Source of the DNA: Calcarisporiella thermophila CBS 279.70
Taxonomy: Eukaryota; Fungi; Calcarisporiellomycota
Direction: 5' to 3'
DNA: 64,000 nucleotides
Assembly: GCF_041956535.1 (NCBI RefSeq)
Contig: NW_027192210.1
Coordinates: 514,662-578,661 of the forward strand
Numbering within the stretch: position 1 is the stretch's first letter; each line of letters begins with the position of its first letter. A model generated the notes under the pieces. That model saw nothing but the letters and a program-made list of their open reading frames with translations, was not told the DNA's origin and searched no databases. Position numbers and translations under genes: made by a program. This document shows positions 16,996 to 27,163 of this stretch, piece after piece.

Positions 16996-17018
16996 ATCCG
17001 GGTAATTATTACCCGGAT
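16996..17018. repeat. Perfect 11-bp inverted repeat made of two TTACCCGG (Reb1-type) motifs
   Basis: ATCCGGGTAAT-T-ATTACCCGGAT, 120 bp downstream of the HMG stop codon. Confidence 0.8.
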
Positions 17019-17850
17019 CACTCCAACCTACTATCACGATACACTACATCGTTGAGAGGGATAGACGGATCATTTAGGGATCACAGAAACATCAAATCTA
17101 TTTAAAAGAAGGAAATGCCGACTTGAAACTGTTCACTGTATGAAAATGAGAGCATTATTTTTCATTTTCAAATCCGTCATTTCTTTCTGTAGTATAGACT
17201 TTAACAACGCTACCTGAGACGGTGCTCAGAAAAGCCAGACAGATTAGAAAGCTATTCATCTCAATATATCAACGAGAACAGTTGAAACAATAGAAGGTTA
17301 GATTAGAAAGAAGAAAAAAAGGGTAAATAAAAAGTTTTCTTTAAAACAAAAGTTATCTGATCGAAAGCTACCTTGTTCTTATATAATTCAATGAACAATT
17401 TTTAATATTAGCTTGGTTACAAGAGTTTTTTGAAATTATTATATCTATATTTATATCAATAATATAGAAGAAACTATGATAACACCATTATTCTTTTGTT
17501 TTTTTCTGTGAAATAAACATTACTACTTCATTGAGTAGAATAGAGGGAGCATAGAGCTAACAGCAATTTTCACAAAGTACCAATTTACTTAGAGGAGAGA
17601 AAACCGAAGTTTTACTATATCCATATCAATGTTACAGAAGAATCTTCAAAAAAATCATTAGTTGTTTTGACATTTATAAACTTTATCTTGTGTATAAAAG
17701 ATCAATGTAGTAAGCGCAAGCCAACACCATATAAAATATTTGTTATACGAAGAGCAGATAGTGTATTTAGCTTGAGAGCAAGACAAATTAAATGCTATGG
17801 ATAGCTTTTACTAAACTATAACAAGTCAGTGTTTTTTATATCCATTTTTC

Positions 17851-18208
17851 TTATTGTACAACTACCGTTCCCGTCATAGAAGGATGTAATGCACAGTGGT
17901 ATGTAAATTCTCCAGGAGTTGTAAGCACACGGGTAAATGACACTATGGTAAAATATTCTTAAGCCAAAGCCTCTCACGTCTAGCTTCTATCTAGATAACT
18001 TACTTCCAGGACTTAATACTCCAGAGTCCCATCCCGGCCCATCGCTAGTGGCGGTATGCTCAGCATCGTCATTATTCGCCCATCTTACCGTGTCACCACT
18101 GTTTATTGTCACATGTTGGGGTACAAATTGGTAACCGTCCATTACAACTATATGATTTGCGGCTAAAACAACGCTCAGCGAAGCTAGATAGATTGGTAGG
18201 ATTTGCAT
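17851..18208 (-). CDS. Small secreted type-1 blue copper protein (amicyanin/plastocyanin-like cupredoxin)
   Basis: Signal peptide, FVPQHVTINSGDTVRWANNDDAEHTATS, intron 17943-18003, exon 2 SFTRVLTTPGEFTYHCALHPSMTGTVVVQ* supplies the Cys-His-Met ligands. Confidence 0.9.
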
Positions 18209-18597
18209 CTCAATATATCAACAAGTGAAGTTGCGACTTAAGGAAGATTACAAAAGATGATATTAAAAAAATAAGGTAAAAGAATAGAGAGTATATACAG
18301 TAAGGTATTATAAATTAAAAATGCTCCTTGTAGAAACACTTCTTGTTCATATATAATGCGGCGAAATAGATCTTACATTAACACATGTATTTGGAAATAG
18401 TAATAGCCAGAATTTTTTGGCATTACTATTCCCAAAAATCAGAAAAGAATTAATTTAATAGTAGATATTATCTACTATATCTAATAAACAGTCACTAATC
18501 CGATCTGAACTAATTCACTCATGTGGGGGAAATCGTGAAATCTTTAAGACCTAGGGAAAATTTTTCTTTTTCTTCTTTCACGATAATTAAGGACAAA

Positions 18598-19240
18598 ATG
18601 GTGAGTGTAAAACATCATTAAAATGTATTAATGGATGGATAGATGGATGAAGAGATGGATAAGGTGGATGGATGAATGGGTTGAATGAGTGTAAATGATG
18701 AAAAGGGTGTAATTATAAAGGAGTATGGATGGAATGATGCACGATGTGGACAGCTGATTTTTTTCATCTAACAATACTGAAATCTGCATCTCTTCTATTT
18801 TTATTAGGCCAAGAAGGAAGCCGCTGCTAAACCCTCTGGTGGTTCTAACAAGAACAAGAAGAAGTGGTCTAAAGGAAAGGTTAAGGATAAGGCCAACAAT
18901 GCTGTCGTTTTCGACAAGGTCGCTTTCGATAAGCTGCACAAGGAAGTTCCTACCTACAAGCTCATCACCCAGTCCGTCCTAGTTGATCGGTTGAAGATCA
19001 ACGGCTCCTTGGCCCGTATTGCCATCCGGGAGTTGGAAAACAAGGGACTTATTAGGCGGATCTCGACCCACGGATCCCAGCTGATCTACAGTAAGTTCTT
19101 TTCTTTTTTTTCTTTTTTAATCCAAACCTAAGCACTTAATTATCTTCAATCTAGCTCGCAATACTGGTGTGGAGGATCTCGTTGTTGAGCCCACCGCAAA
19201 GGCTGGCAAAGGCAAGAAGGCAGCTGCTGAGGATGAGTAG
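18598..19240 (+). CDS. RPS25: 40S ribosomal protein S25 (eS25)
   Basis: ATG-only first exon, then AKKEAAAK...[21 protein letters not shown]...[32 protein letters not shown]...HGSQLIYTR. Confidence 0.96.
18630..18680 (+). repeat. Degenerate (GGAT)n microsatellite in RPS25 intron 1
   Basis: atggatggatagatggatgaagagatggataaggtggatggatgaatggg. Confidence 0.7.
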
Positions 19241-19828
19241 ATGCAGAACTACATTTTATTCTTTTCTCTTGTGCAAATAAAACAATATAATCACGTACTG
19301 TCTCTTGCCTCGAAAAAGTATATGAATACGAATTATATCTAGTATGATTGTATCTGTATCAGTGTTGCTCAGTATTCGCCACCAACGAAAAATAGTGAAG
19401 AGTTTAGGACGTAAACTGAAAGGCAGTATGTTGTATGTAAAATGGATACTAGCGCATGCAAATCATATATATCGATAAGTGCTTTGATATTTTTCTCCAA
19501 CACATTTTGGAGCAGATAAAAGTGTAACCGAAAGTGCTTCTCTTAAGGGCACATTGGACACAAACAGGATATTCGATTTTTCTGATATTAGTTCACTTTA
19601 ACTACAAGGCCTTGCTTGTGTTGCATAATATAAGAGGAGAGGAATATTAGTAGATAACAGTAGCTTGCTGTTTTATAGAAAACCTGGAGAATCATACAGC
19701 TTAAGAATTGTAAATGTAAAATTTAACGATCAAATGTGATTGTACTATAGAGAAATTACAAAAGTCTTGGAGTAATTCTCAATGGAAGATGAATCTTTTT
19801 CTTTCATTGTTCACAACAAGATTCCAGA

Positions 19829-20154
19829 TTATTTTAGATCCTCGTCATCAAAATCATCTTCAAAGTCTATCGCAAAAAAAAAGCGAATTAGTTTTGTAAA
19901 CGTAATCAGAAGCAACGTCAATTATCCACCATTATAGAAATCACTATGCACAATTCGCTCGTGTACCCTTGATATTCTGCCTATAATCTCATCACGACCG
20001 CTCACCATGGAAGAGGGAGTAGAATCCATCAGTTCATCCAGATCATCGGTGCTCATAGGATCGAAATCTTAAATGAGGTTAGAAAAGTATATTAATATAA
20101 TTGTATGAAAATGAACAAATATATATATATGGATTTACCTTCGATTTGTGACAT
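19829..20154 (-). CDS. COPS9: COP9 signalosome subunit 9 (CSNAP/MYEOV2), 63 aa, 3 exons
   Basis: Spliced MSQIEDFDPMSTDDLDELMDSTPSSMVSGRDEIIGRISRVHERIVHSDFYNDFEDDFDDEDLK; C-terminus matches the CSNAP motif VHxDFxNDFEDxFDDxD. Confidence 0.88.
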
Positions 20155-20501
20155 TGATTAGGAGGAGAACGCGAATTATATGCTATCGAATTTATTATCT
20201 ATTTTCTTTCCGTGTAATAAATGAACGTGTGACTTAATAATCAGTCAAATATGACTTGATGTACATTCAAATTTCATTGTGTATATCTTGGTTATCTCGA
20301 AATAATAATAACAGGAAAAAAAAAAGGCCTACATGCGTTCTAGACTAGATATATTTTCACTTTTATTAGAAGAAAACTGACATCAATTAAGTCCGGGTAA
20401 CGGCTCAATAGAGCTCATTGTAATGAAAATATATTCTTATACAAATTCTTGAGTGAGAATAAAAGGTATACGAAGCTCAGCCCCCCATAAAGAGGGTCTT
20501 G

Positions 20502-20794
20502 TCACAAAACAACTGTCATTAAACCCTCTTCCATACTATTAGGATATTGGATAAACCTTTTTAATGGCGTCAATACTATAAAACTGTGAAGATAGTCCAT
20601 CCTTGCAAAGATGTCACCAAAGAACTGCAAAGGGGATTAAAACTCATCAGAAGTATTCACAACCTCATACCAGCATAAACTAGAGAGAAAGGCATGGAGC
20701 GTAAAACACAATTGAAATAACGCACTCGCACTTGTTTGAGTGCCTTCATATACGGCACTTTTTGCCGAGTGTTCACCAATTTCCTTGACGCCAT
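20502..20794 (-). CDS. Possible spliced orphan microprotein (about 64 aa) with 9-nt microexon
   Basis: Phase-0 GT..YAG introns 20680-20731 and 20625-20670 keep an open frame MASRKLVNTRQKVPYMKALKQ|FML|FFGDIFARMDY...VVL*; no recognised homology. Confidence 0.25.
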
Positions 20795-21781
20795 ACCTTC
20801 AGATATACTTGTCTGATTCACTCAACATAAATATTCTATAATATAGAATACAAGGACATACTATGTTTTTAGGATATAACCGGTAGAGGGTGGTGGGTTG
20901 GCTCTTCTAGGGTAATCCTGTGGGTTCTTGTTAAGGCATCTTAGGGGTACAATGGGAAATATTGAGAGCAGAAGCCCTTTATTGGTGGTTTAATGTAGTG
21001 TTAAATTTTGATTATGATGAAGAGTAAGAGTTTGCCTTCTTTAACTTCAATGGTTTAATAAAGCTATTATGTAATGCACTTATGGTAGCTCACTGCCCAA
21101 AAAGACCATAATGTTTTTCATGTGACCTCATGTTGGATCGTTTAAACTTGCACAGTGTCCAGCATCCAAATCGAGTCATATTTGACTAAATAAAACAAAA
21201 CACGTCACAATGCTAATAGCAAAACAACTATTCAGTACTATCTATTCAAGAAGAGTTTCAAAGACTTGCTGTCTTTAGCTATTCTTTGTATGGCAAGATT
21301 GTAAGTCCTGCCAGAAATCTTCTGGATCTTCTTCAATAATGCCCGGTATAGCGAACCTCATCAAATTGGGTTTATAGCGGATGCCAACTGGCATTGCACT
21401 GCGGCGCTAAAACAAATACATGCAAAATAGGGCCTTGTTTCTGACATATTATGCCCTGATCAAATGGCGTCAAATTTGGGAGACTTGGCATTCAATTCGT
21501 AGAGGATATAAGATATAAGAACTATAATAATGCTTGAGGATATGATACGATCCTATTCTCGGTCAGCTCTATCATTGAAATGAGCAATGCTCTTTCCGAA
21601 TAATTAAGATAGGATATCTTGAATAATATGATAATCCGGTCTGTATAGCTCTGGGATTCTGAAGGATAATAAAGGATTTTGGAGAAAACATATATTTGAA
21701 ATTGTTTTGGGTGTAGCAAGGTACATTTATGTAATTTTTCTAGTCTAACAATAACAGGGATTAATACATAATGTACAACAC

Positions 21782-22249
21782 TTATTCCTTGAGTTTCTGG
21801 ATGAGCTCCAGCGATGCTTTGATATGTCCTTGAATGTCCGTCATGGAGTTGAAATAGCCCTTCACAGTTCCATCGGGTCCGATGATATAGGTGGCTCTAC
21901 CAGGTAGCAAGCCAAGCGTATTGGGGACCTGGAATGCCTTACGAGCTTCGCCCTTGGGATCGGCCAACAACGTGAATGGGAGTCTCCGGTTAGATGCAAA
22001 GGCCTTGTGAGAGTCCACAGAGTCGGAAGAAATTCCAACGACCTCAGCTCCATGCTGTTGGAACACTTCGTAGTTATCCCTAAATGCGCAAGCCTGAGCA
22101 GTGCAGCCCGAGGTTTCGTCCTTGGGATAGAAGTAGATGACGGCAGATTTGCCGGCGAAGTCATCGACCAGGGTTACCTCCTTGCCGTCTTGGTTTTGAA
22201 GCTTAAGGCCGCGTGGAGCGGGCTTGTTGAGAAGGGCGTGGGAAGACAT
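21782..22249 (-). CDS. Peroxiredoxin Q / BCP family (possible upstream start at 22327)
   Basis: YFYPKDETSGCTAQACAFRD (peroxidatic and resolving Cys), VVGISSD, LPFTLLAD, PGRATYII; intronless. Confidence 0.93.
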   Translation of the reverse strand: MSSHALLNKPAPRGLKLQNQDGKEVTLVDDFAGKSAVIYFYPKDETSGCTAQACAFRDNYEVFQQHGAEVVGISSDSVDSHKAFASNRRLPFTLLADPKGEARKAFQVPNTLGLLPGRATYIIGPDGTVKGYFNSMTDIQGHIKASLELIQKLKE

Positions 22250-22760
22250 GGTTCGAGTTAATTGCTGTCGAAAGATTAGCGAGGCGGGAGAGAGAGAAGG
22301 ATTTTTGAAGAGTAAGGAGAAATGCATAGGTCGAGGAGAGCGATCCAAGGGTTTTATAAACCTCCCTGAGAAATACGCAGAACCATAGGGAAAGTTCTGT
22401 GCACGCGTCATATACGATTATTATCGGACTTTGATCGTTCGATTTTGAACACAGATTGAAGAGGAAAGTAATCATGTTTTTTGCGCGGGAGATTTTACCG
22501 AGAATCAATACGTCACAAGAGCAGTGCAGAATTTCCGGAGAGTCAGCCCTAATCTCTACGCCCCCCTTATTTAGCCGATCCAAGCCGGAAGCAAGTTATC
22601 GGGTACCGCTGTGACATGTAATGTTGTGTGGTGGCGAAAAAATTTTTCTCACATAATAAGTTTTTCCCATTTTTTTTTTCCTGGTGAGAACACAAACCAC
22701 CGCGCTCTTCTCTTTACCGCTCTCCATTCTGCTCTGTTCTCCACACTCTCACATGGCGAC

Positions 22761-23682
22761 ATGGCTAACTTGTTTGAGTTGGAACTCTTGGTCAAAGGCC
22801 CTATAACGGAGGACATGACAAGTAAGCGTTGCCTCTCGCTCTCTCCTTCCCATTGACTCTCTTGCGTTAACCCTCCATTCTCTTATTAGCGTACATCGCC
22901 AACATGGCTGCCCGTGTTCTGCCGTGTACTCCGGTGCGTTCTGCTGTCCTCCTTCCTCCACTTCCAACTTTCCTCCGCATGCTTACCTGCCACATGCCCA
23001 TCTCCAACGGCACCCTCTTCGCCACCCTCCCCCTACTCGACCGTCTATACCAACGCCTTCCTGCGGACGCGCACGGACTCGAATGCACTGCCCACAGGAT
23101 TTTACTCGCGACGCTCATAGTCGCCAGTAAAGTAGTGAACGATACAGCACCTAGGAATAAAACGTGGGCGCGGGCTTGCCCATGGTTTGAACTCAAGGAG
23201 ATTAATTTAATGGAAAGACAACTGCTCATGCTGCTCGTACGTGGTCTTATTCTTGCCATTCCTCCCTCCTCAACGAGAGCATTTAACTTAATACCTCTTA
23301 CGTTGACAACTCATAGGGCTATGATCTTAGCATAACCGAGTCGGACCTTCTACCCCACCTCTCTCCTCTTCTCCGCTTTTCCTTCGCCCTTCCACACTCT
23401 TGCACCTCGGGAAAGAAGCGCACAAGGCATCACCACCGCTCCATTCCACCCTCAGTCCCGCCCCCAAAGCAGCCTCTTCCCCCCATTCCGCGGCCTCCAA
23501 GGCCTGATACATGGATCGAGTCAATTACTCCTGAGGCTTCTGAGGAGGAAGATGCTGGGGCTAGGGTGGATACGCTGAGAGGTAGAACAAGAGAAAGAAG
23601 GTGGGAGGACACACGTGCATATATTACACCGCCTTCACCCTCGCCCCTCTCTGTCAACAATAGCTCTGTGAATTTGATATAG
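22761..23682 (+). CDS. Pho85-type cyclin (Pcl1/2 family)
   Basis: Cyclin box LPPLPTFL...TLFATLPLLDRL..RLP...GLECTAHRILLATLIVASKVVND..PRNKTWA...EINLMERQLLMLL|GYDL. Confidence 0.88.
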
Positions 23683-24080
23683 TAAATTATTTATTGTACA
23701 TATTATCCTTTGATTTTTTTTAATATCTACTCTATCTATTATTTGTTGCTGTCCGTGTGTATCATTCATTTTCAATTGCCTCTTTCAACTTTGCTAGCTG
23801 TTTATTTGTTCGTTTTTTATTTTGTTTTTTCTTTGAAAGTGGAATTGAGAGGAGTTCTATTGCCCTTGTCCTTGTTTTGCCTTCTATTTTCTCTCCCTCT
23901 AATGATCTTCTACTAACCTGTATATTAGTGCTTCTCTGGTTTATTCCAGCGGCTTTATTTCTATCTGAAACAGAAGGAATTCACAGTGATATTATTTGAA
24001 TTAAATAATTACAAGTAATACAAAAATTGGGGAGAGGGGGATAAATGAAAGTTAGGAATACAAACTTCTGCGAGCCACGC

Positions 24081-24942
24081 TCAGGGGCTTGAGTGAGGCG
24101 GGGGAGGGTTACTTGCTATAGCCGCCCAAGAGTGGCCGGTGTGGTTGGCGGATATTCCATCTCGGGGAAGTGGAGGTTGAGATGGAGGATGGAGGCTTTG
24201 GGAAGGTGGCCTCCACGGCATACTCGAGAAGTGCCTCTCTCTTCCGCCATAATATCCACTTCTTCCACTTCTATCTTCATGGTGGCTTCTCCCACCATGA
24301 TATCCTCTGTTGCCTCCATAGTGTCTTCTTCGACGAACCTCCTGGATAGGCATACGATCTAGTCTCTCTATTATCTCTCTAACCTCATCGGCTCCATATG
24401 TACTGGTTGGCCATGGCATTATTGTCATTACGCGATGAAAGCCTTCTTCAAGACGTGGTTCCCTAAGATCATCTACAAAGCGACGTAAGATTTCTATGCC
24501 ACGCGGTCCCTCCACTCCAGTGGGATGATTTTGGCGACTAATAATTCTACGCTCACATTCCTTTGGTAAAATGAAGGGATTTTGATTAGTGATTGACGAA
24601 ATGGAATGTCAAGAGATAAAGGTTTAATCCCACCTCATAGCTTGTTCCGAAAAATATGCATTCCACGTTCACACCTGCATTCTGACCAATCCTAATCCAT
24701 ACCCCTCTCTGTCGATTATCGAAATTGCACCTATCTATCACGACATTATTCCTTGGCAAAGAGGCGCGTGCAAGCGATTCGCAAGCCTGGCGAGAGCCCA
24801 AATCATCCTGGTTGACGCGGACCCAATTAGGAAGGGCATTAACCAATGCGGAGGCAAATGTGGACTTTCCACACCCAGGGGGTCCTACTAACACAAGAAG
24901 TCGAGTCGATGTTGCTGAGGGGAGATAGGGTGGCATATTCAT
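24081..24942 (-). CDS. P-loop kinase (AAA_33 / polynucleotide kinase-like) with RG-rich tail
   Basis: LVGPPGCGKSTFA, RVNQDDLG, VVIDRCN, lid ECERRIISRQNHPT, EEGF. Confidence 0.85.
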
Positions 24943-25109
24943 TCGGGATTCGAAGAGAGACTCAGAGGAATTTATACTCGCTTCAGCAACCTACCATATT
25001 TGATGGAACAATTGAAATAGAGTAGGGTGTGACTGCCAACTCATACTTAAGGTCTTTTCCCCATCTCGATTCTCTAGAGTACCATTCATCCTTTAAGAGG
25101 TGGAAAACA

Positions 25110-26898
25110 ATGGCGGCGCCTTCATCCTTTGCCGCTTTCATATTTTACACGGGGCTTCTTCTTTCATTCTTTCTACTTCTTCTTGGCATTACCTTCACCT
25201 TCACTCTCCTCTTCGCACGCAGACATATAGCCCGAATTCGCTCTAAAACCCGATCCCGACTCCTCGAGAGTGTTAAATTGGAGGGTGGTCAAGCAGGACA
25301 GCGAGAGCCGGTTGTATTAGGGTTATTTCATCCGTACTGGTGCGTATATGGAGTAGATTTCTAAGTCATGTTGAACGTCAAATGCTGACATGAATGAAAA
25401 TATATACATATAGTAATGCAGGTGGAGGAGGAGAGCGCGTTCTCTGGTGCTGTGTTCGCGATGTGCTCGCAGCCTACCCTTATGTAGTTTGCGCGATCTA
25501 TACAGGCGATACGGATGCGACTAAAGATCAAATTATTTCCCGTGCCAAAGTAGGCTTATCCGCTCTATGAATCCCATTGGGATTTCAACATGTCTATAGT
25601 TTGCCTTTTTTAGGAACGATTCAATATCGAACTAGATACGGATCGAATAGTATTTGTGTTTCTTCAAGGAAGAAAATGGGTGGAGGATAAAAGGTACCCG
25701 CGCTTCACTTTGTTGGGTCAAGCGCTCGGGTCTATGGTTCTTGGGTGGGAGGCCCTCAATTTATTAGTACCTGACATTTATTTTGGTAAAAAGCCTTAAT
25801 CCATCACCACCCCCATTTTGAACTGCTCCGGCTAAATCATATCAATGTAGACACGATGGGCTATTCTTTCACGTATCCTCTTGTCAAACTTCTCTGCGGG
25901 TGCCCTGTAGCTTCATATGTGCACTATCCTACTATCAGGTTGATTTACTGGCACGCCAGCCTAATCCTGTTCCATTTTGATTCACATGCTAACGCAATTT
26001 TGCTTCTCCTTATTTTAACTTCTTCTATAGTTCGGATATGCTACGACGTATTAGTGGCCGTGTCTCCGCTCATAACAACCAATCCCATATTTCCAGGAAT
26101 CCTGTTCTTTCCAGGGCTAAGCTAATTTACTACCACGCGTTCGCAGCACTCTACACTTTCTTCGGCTCTCACTCCGATGCCGTCATGGTTAATTCGAGCT
26201 GGACAAAATCACATATCGACTCCCTGTGGCATACAAACGCGCAAATTGTGTATCCACCCTGCGATACAGAACGACTTAGGAGAATAAAACTGGAGGGCGA
26301 GGAGCGGGAGGAAGGGATAATCGTGAGCGTTGCACAGTTCCGACCCGAGAAAGATCACCCGCTTCAGCTACGGGCGATCAGCGAGCTCGTGAAGCGATAT
26401 CCCGCCTATAGAGAGAAAGGATTGAAATTAGTGCTTGTGGGAAGCGCGCGCAATGCGGGCGACGAAGAGCGCATCGAGGCTCTTAAAGCCCTAGCCACAG
26501 AGCTCAATATTATCGATCTTGTGCATTTTGAGGTGAACGCCCCGTACGAGAAGTTACTGCATTGGCTAGCACGGGGGCAAATAGGGATTCACACGATGTG
26601 GAACGAGCACTTTGGCATCGGGGTGGTGGAGTATATGGCGGCAGGATTAATTCCAGTGGTCCACAATAGTGGGGGGCCTAAACTCGACATCGTAGTTGAG
26701 TGGAAGGGAGAGCGGACGGGATATCTTGCTGAGACTGCCGAAGAATTCGCAATGGCATTGCACACGGTGCTCTCTATGCCAGAGCAAGAGAGGTGGCGGA
26801 TGCGAGAAAGAGGAAGAGAGAGTGTGGTGAAGAAGTTCTCAGAAGAGCAGTTTGTAGACGGGATACTGGAATCACTGGATGCTTTTTTGACGAGATAG
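25110..26898 (+). CDS. ALG11: GDP-Man:Man3GlcNAc2-PP-Dol alpha-1,2-mannosyltransferase
   Basis: N-terminal TM, FHPY|[57 protein letters not shown]. Confidence 0.96.
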
Positions 26899-27163
26899 CT
26901 CTAGACAATAACAAAAATATTAATCAAAGCGGCGGGGCCAGCAGTATTTTGTTGCTTTTATCAATATTTCCCTTTAATAAACATAAATGACGAACTTTTA
27001 TTCCTAAGAGTTGAAGAATCACCCCAGAAAAGATGAAATAAAATGCAAGCTTCCATTCATAACATTAAGATTAAGCTGCCGCCCAGCACCAAAAAAGAGC
27101 AGGGTTTGACAGCACGCTGGACGAGGAGAACCAGCCTAGAGATAATTTAGTTTTGAGCATTCT

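Noticed and set aside
18695-18780. C/D snoRNA in the long first intron of RPS25 (ATGATGA at 18695, CTGA at 18754 and 18777)
   Set aside because: No terminal stem or recognisable rRNA guide; the CTGA motifs flank the branch point and the C box lies next to GGAT/TGA-rich simple sequence.
21240-21720. Possible pseudogene fragments downstream of peroxiredoxin Q
   Set aside because: Short frames with no recognisable motif or coherent exon chain.
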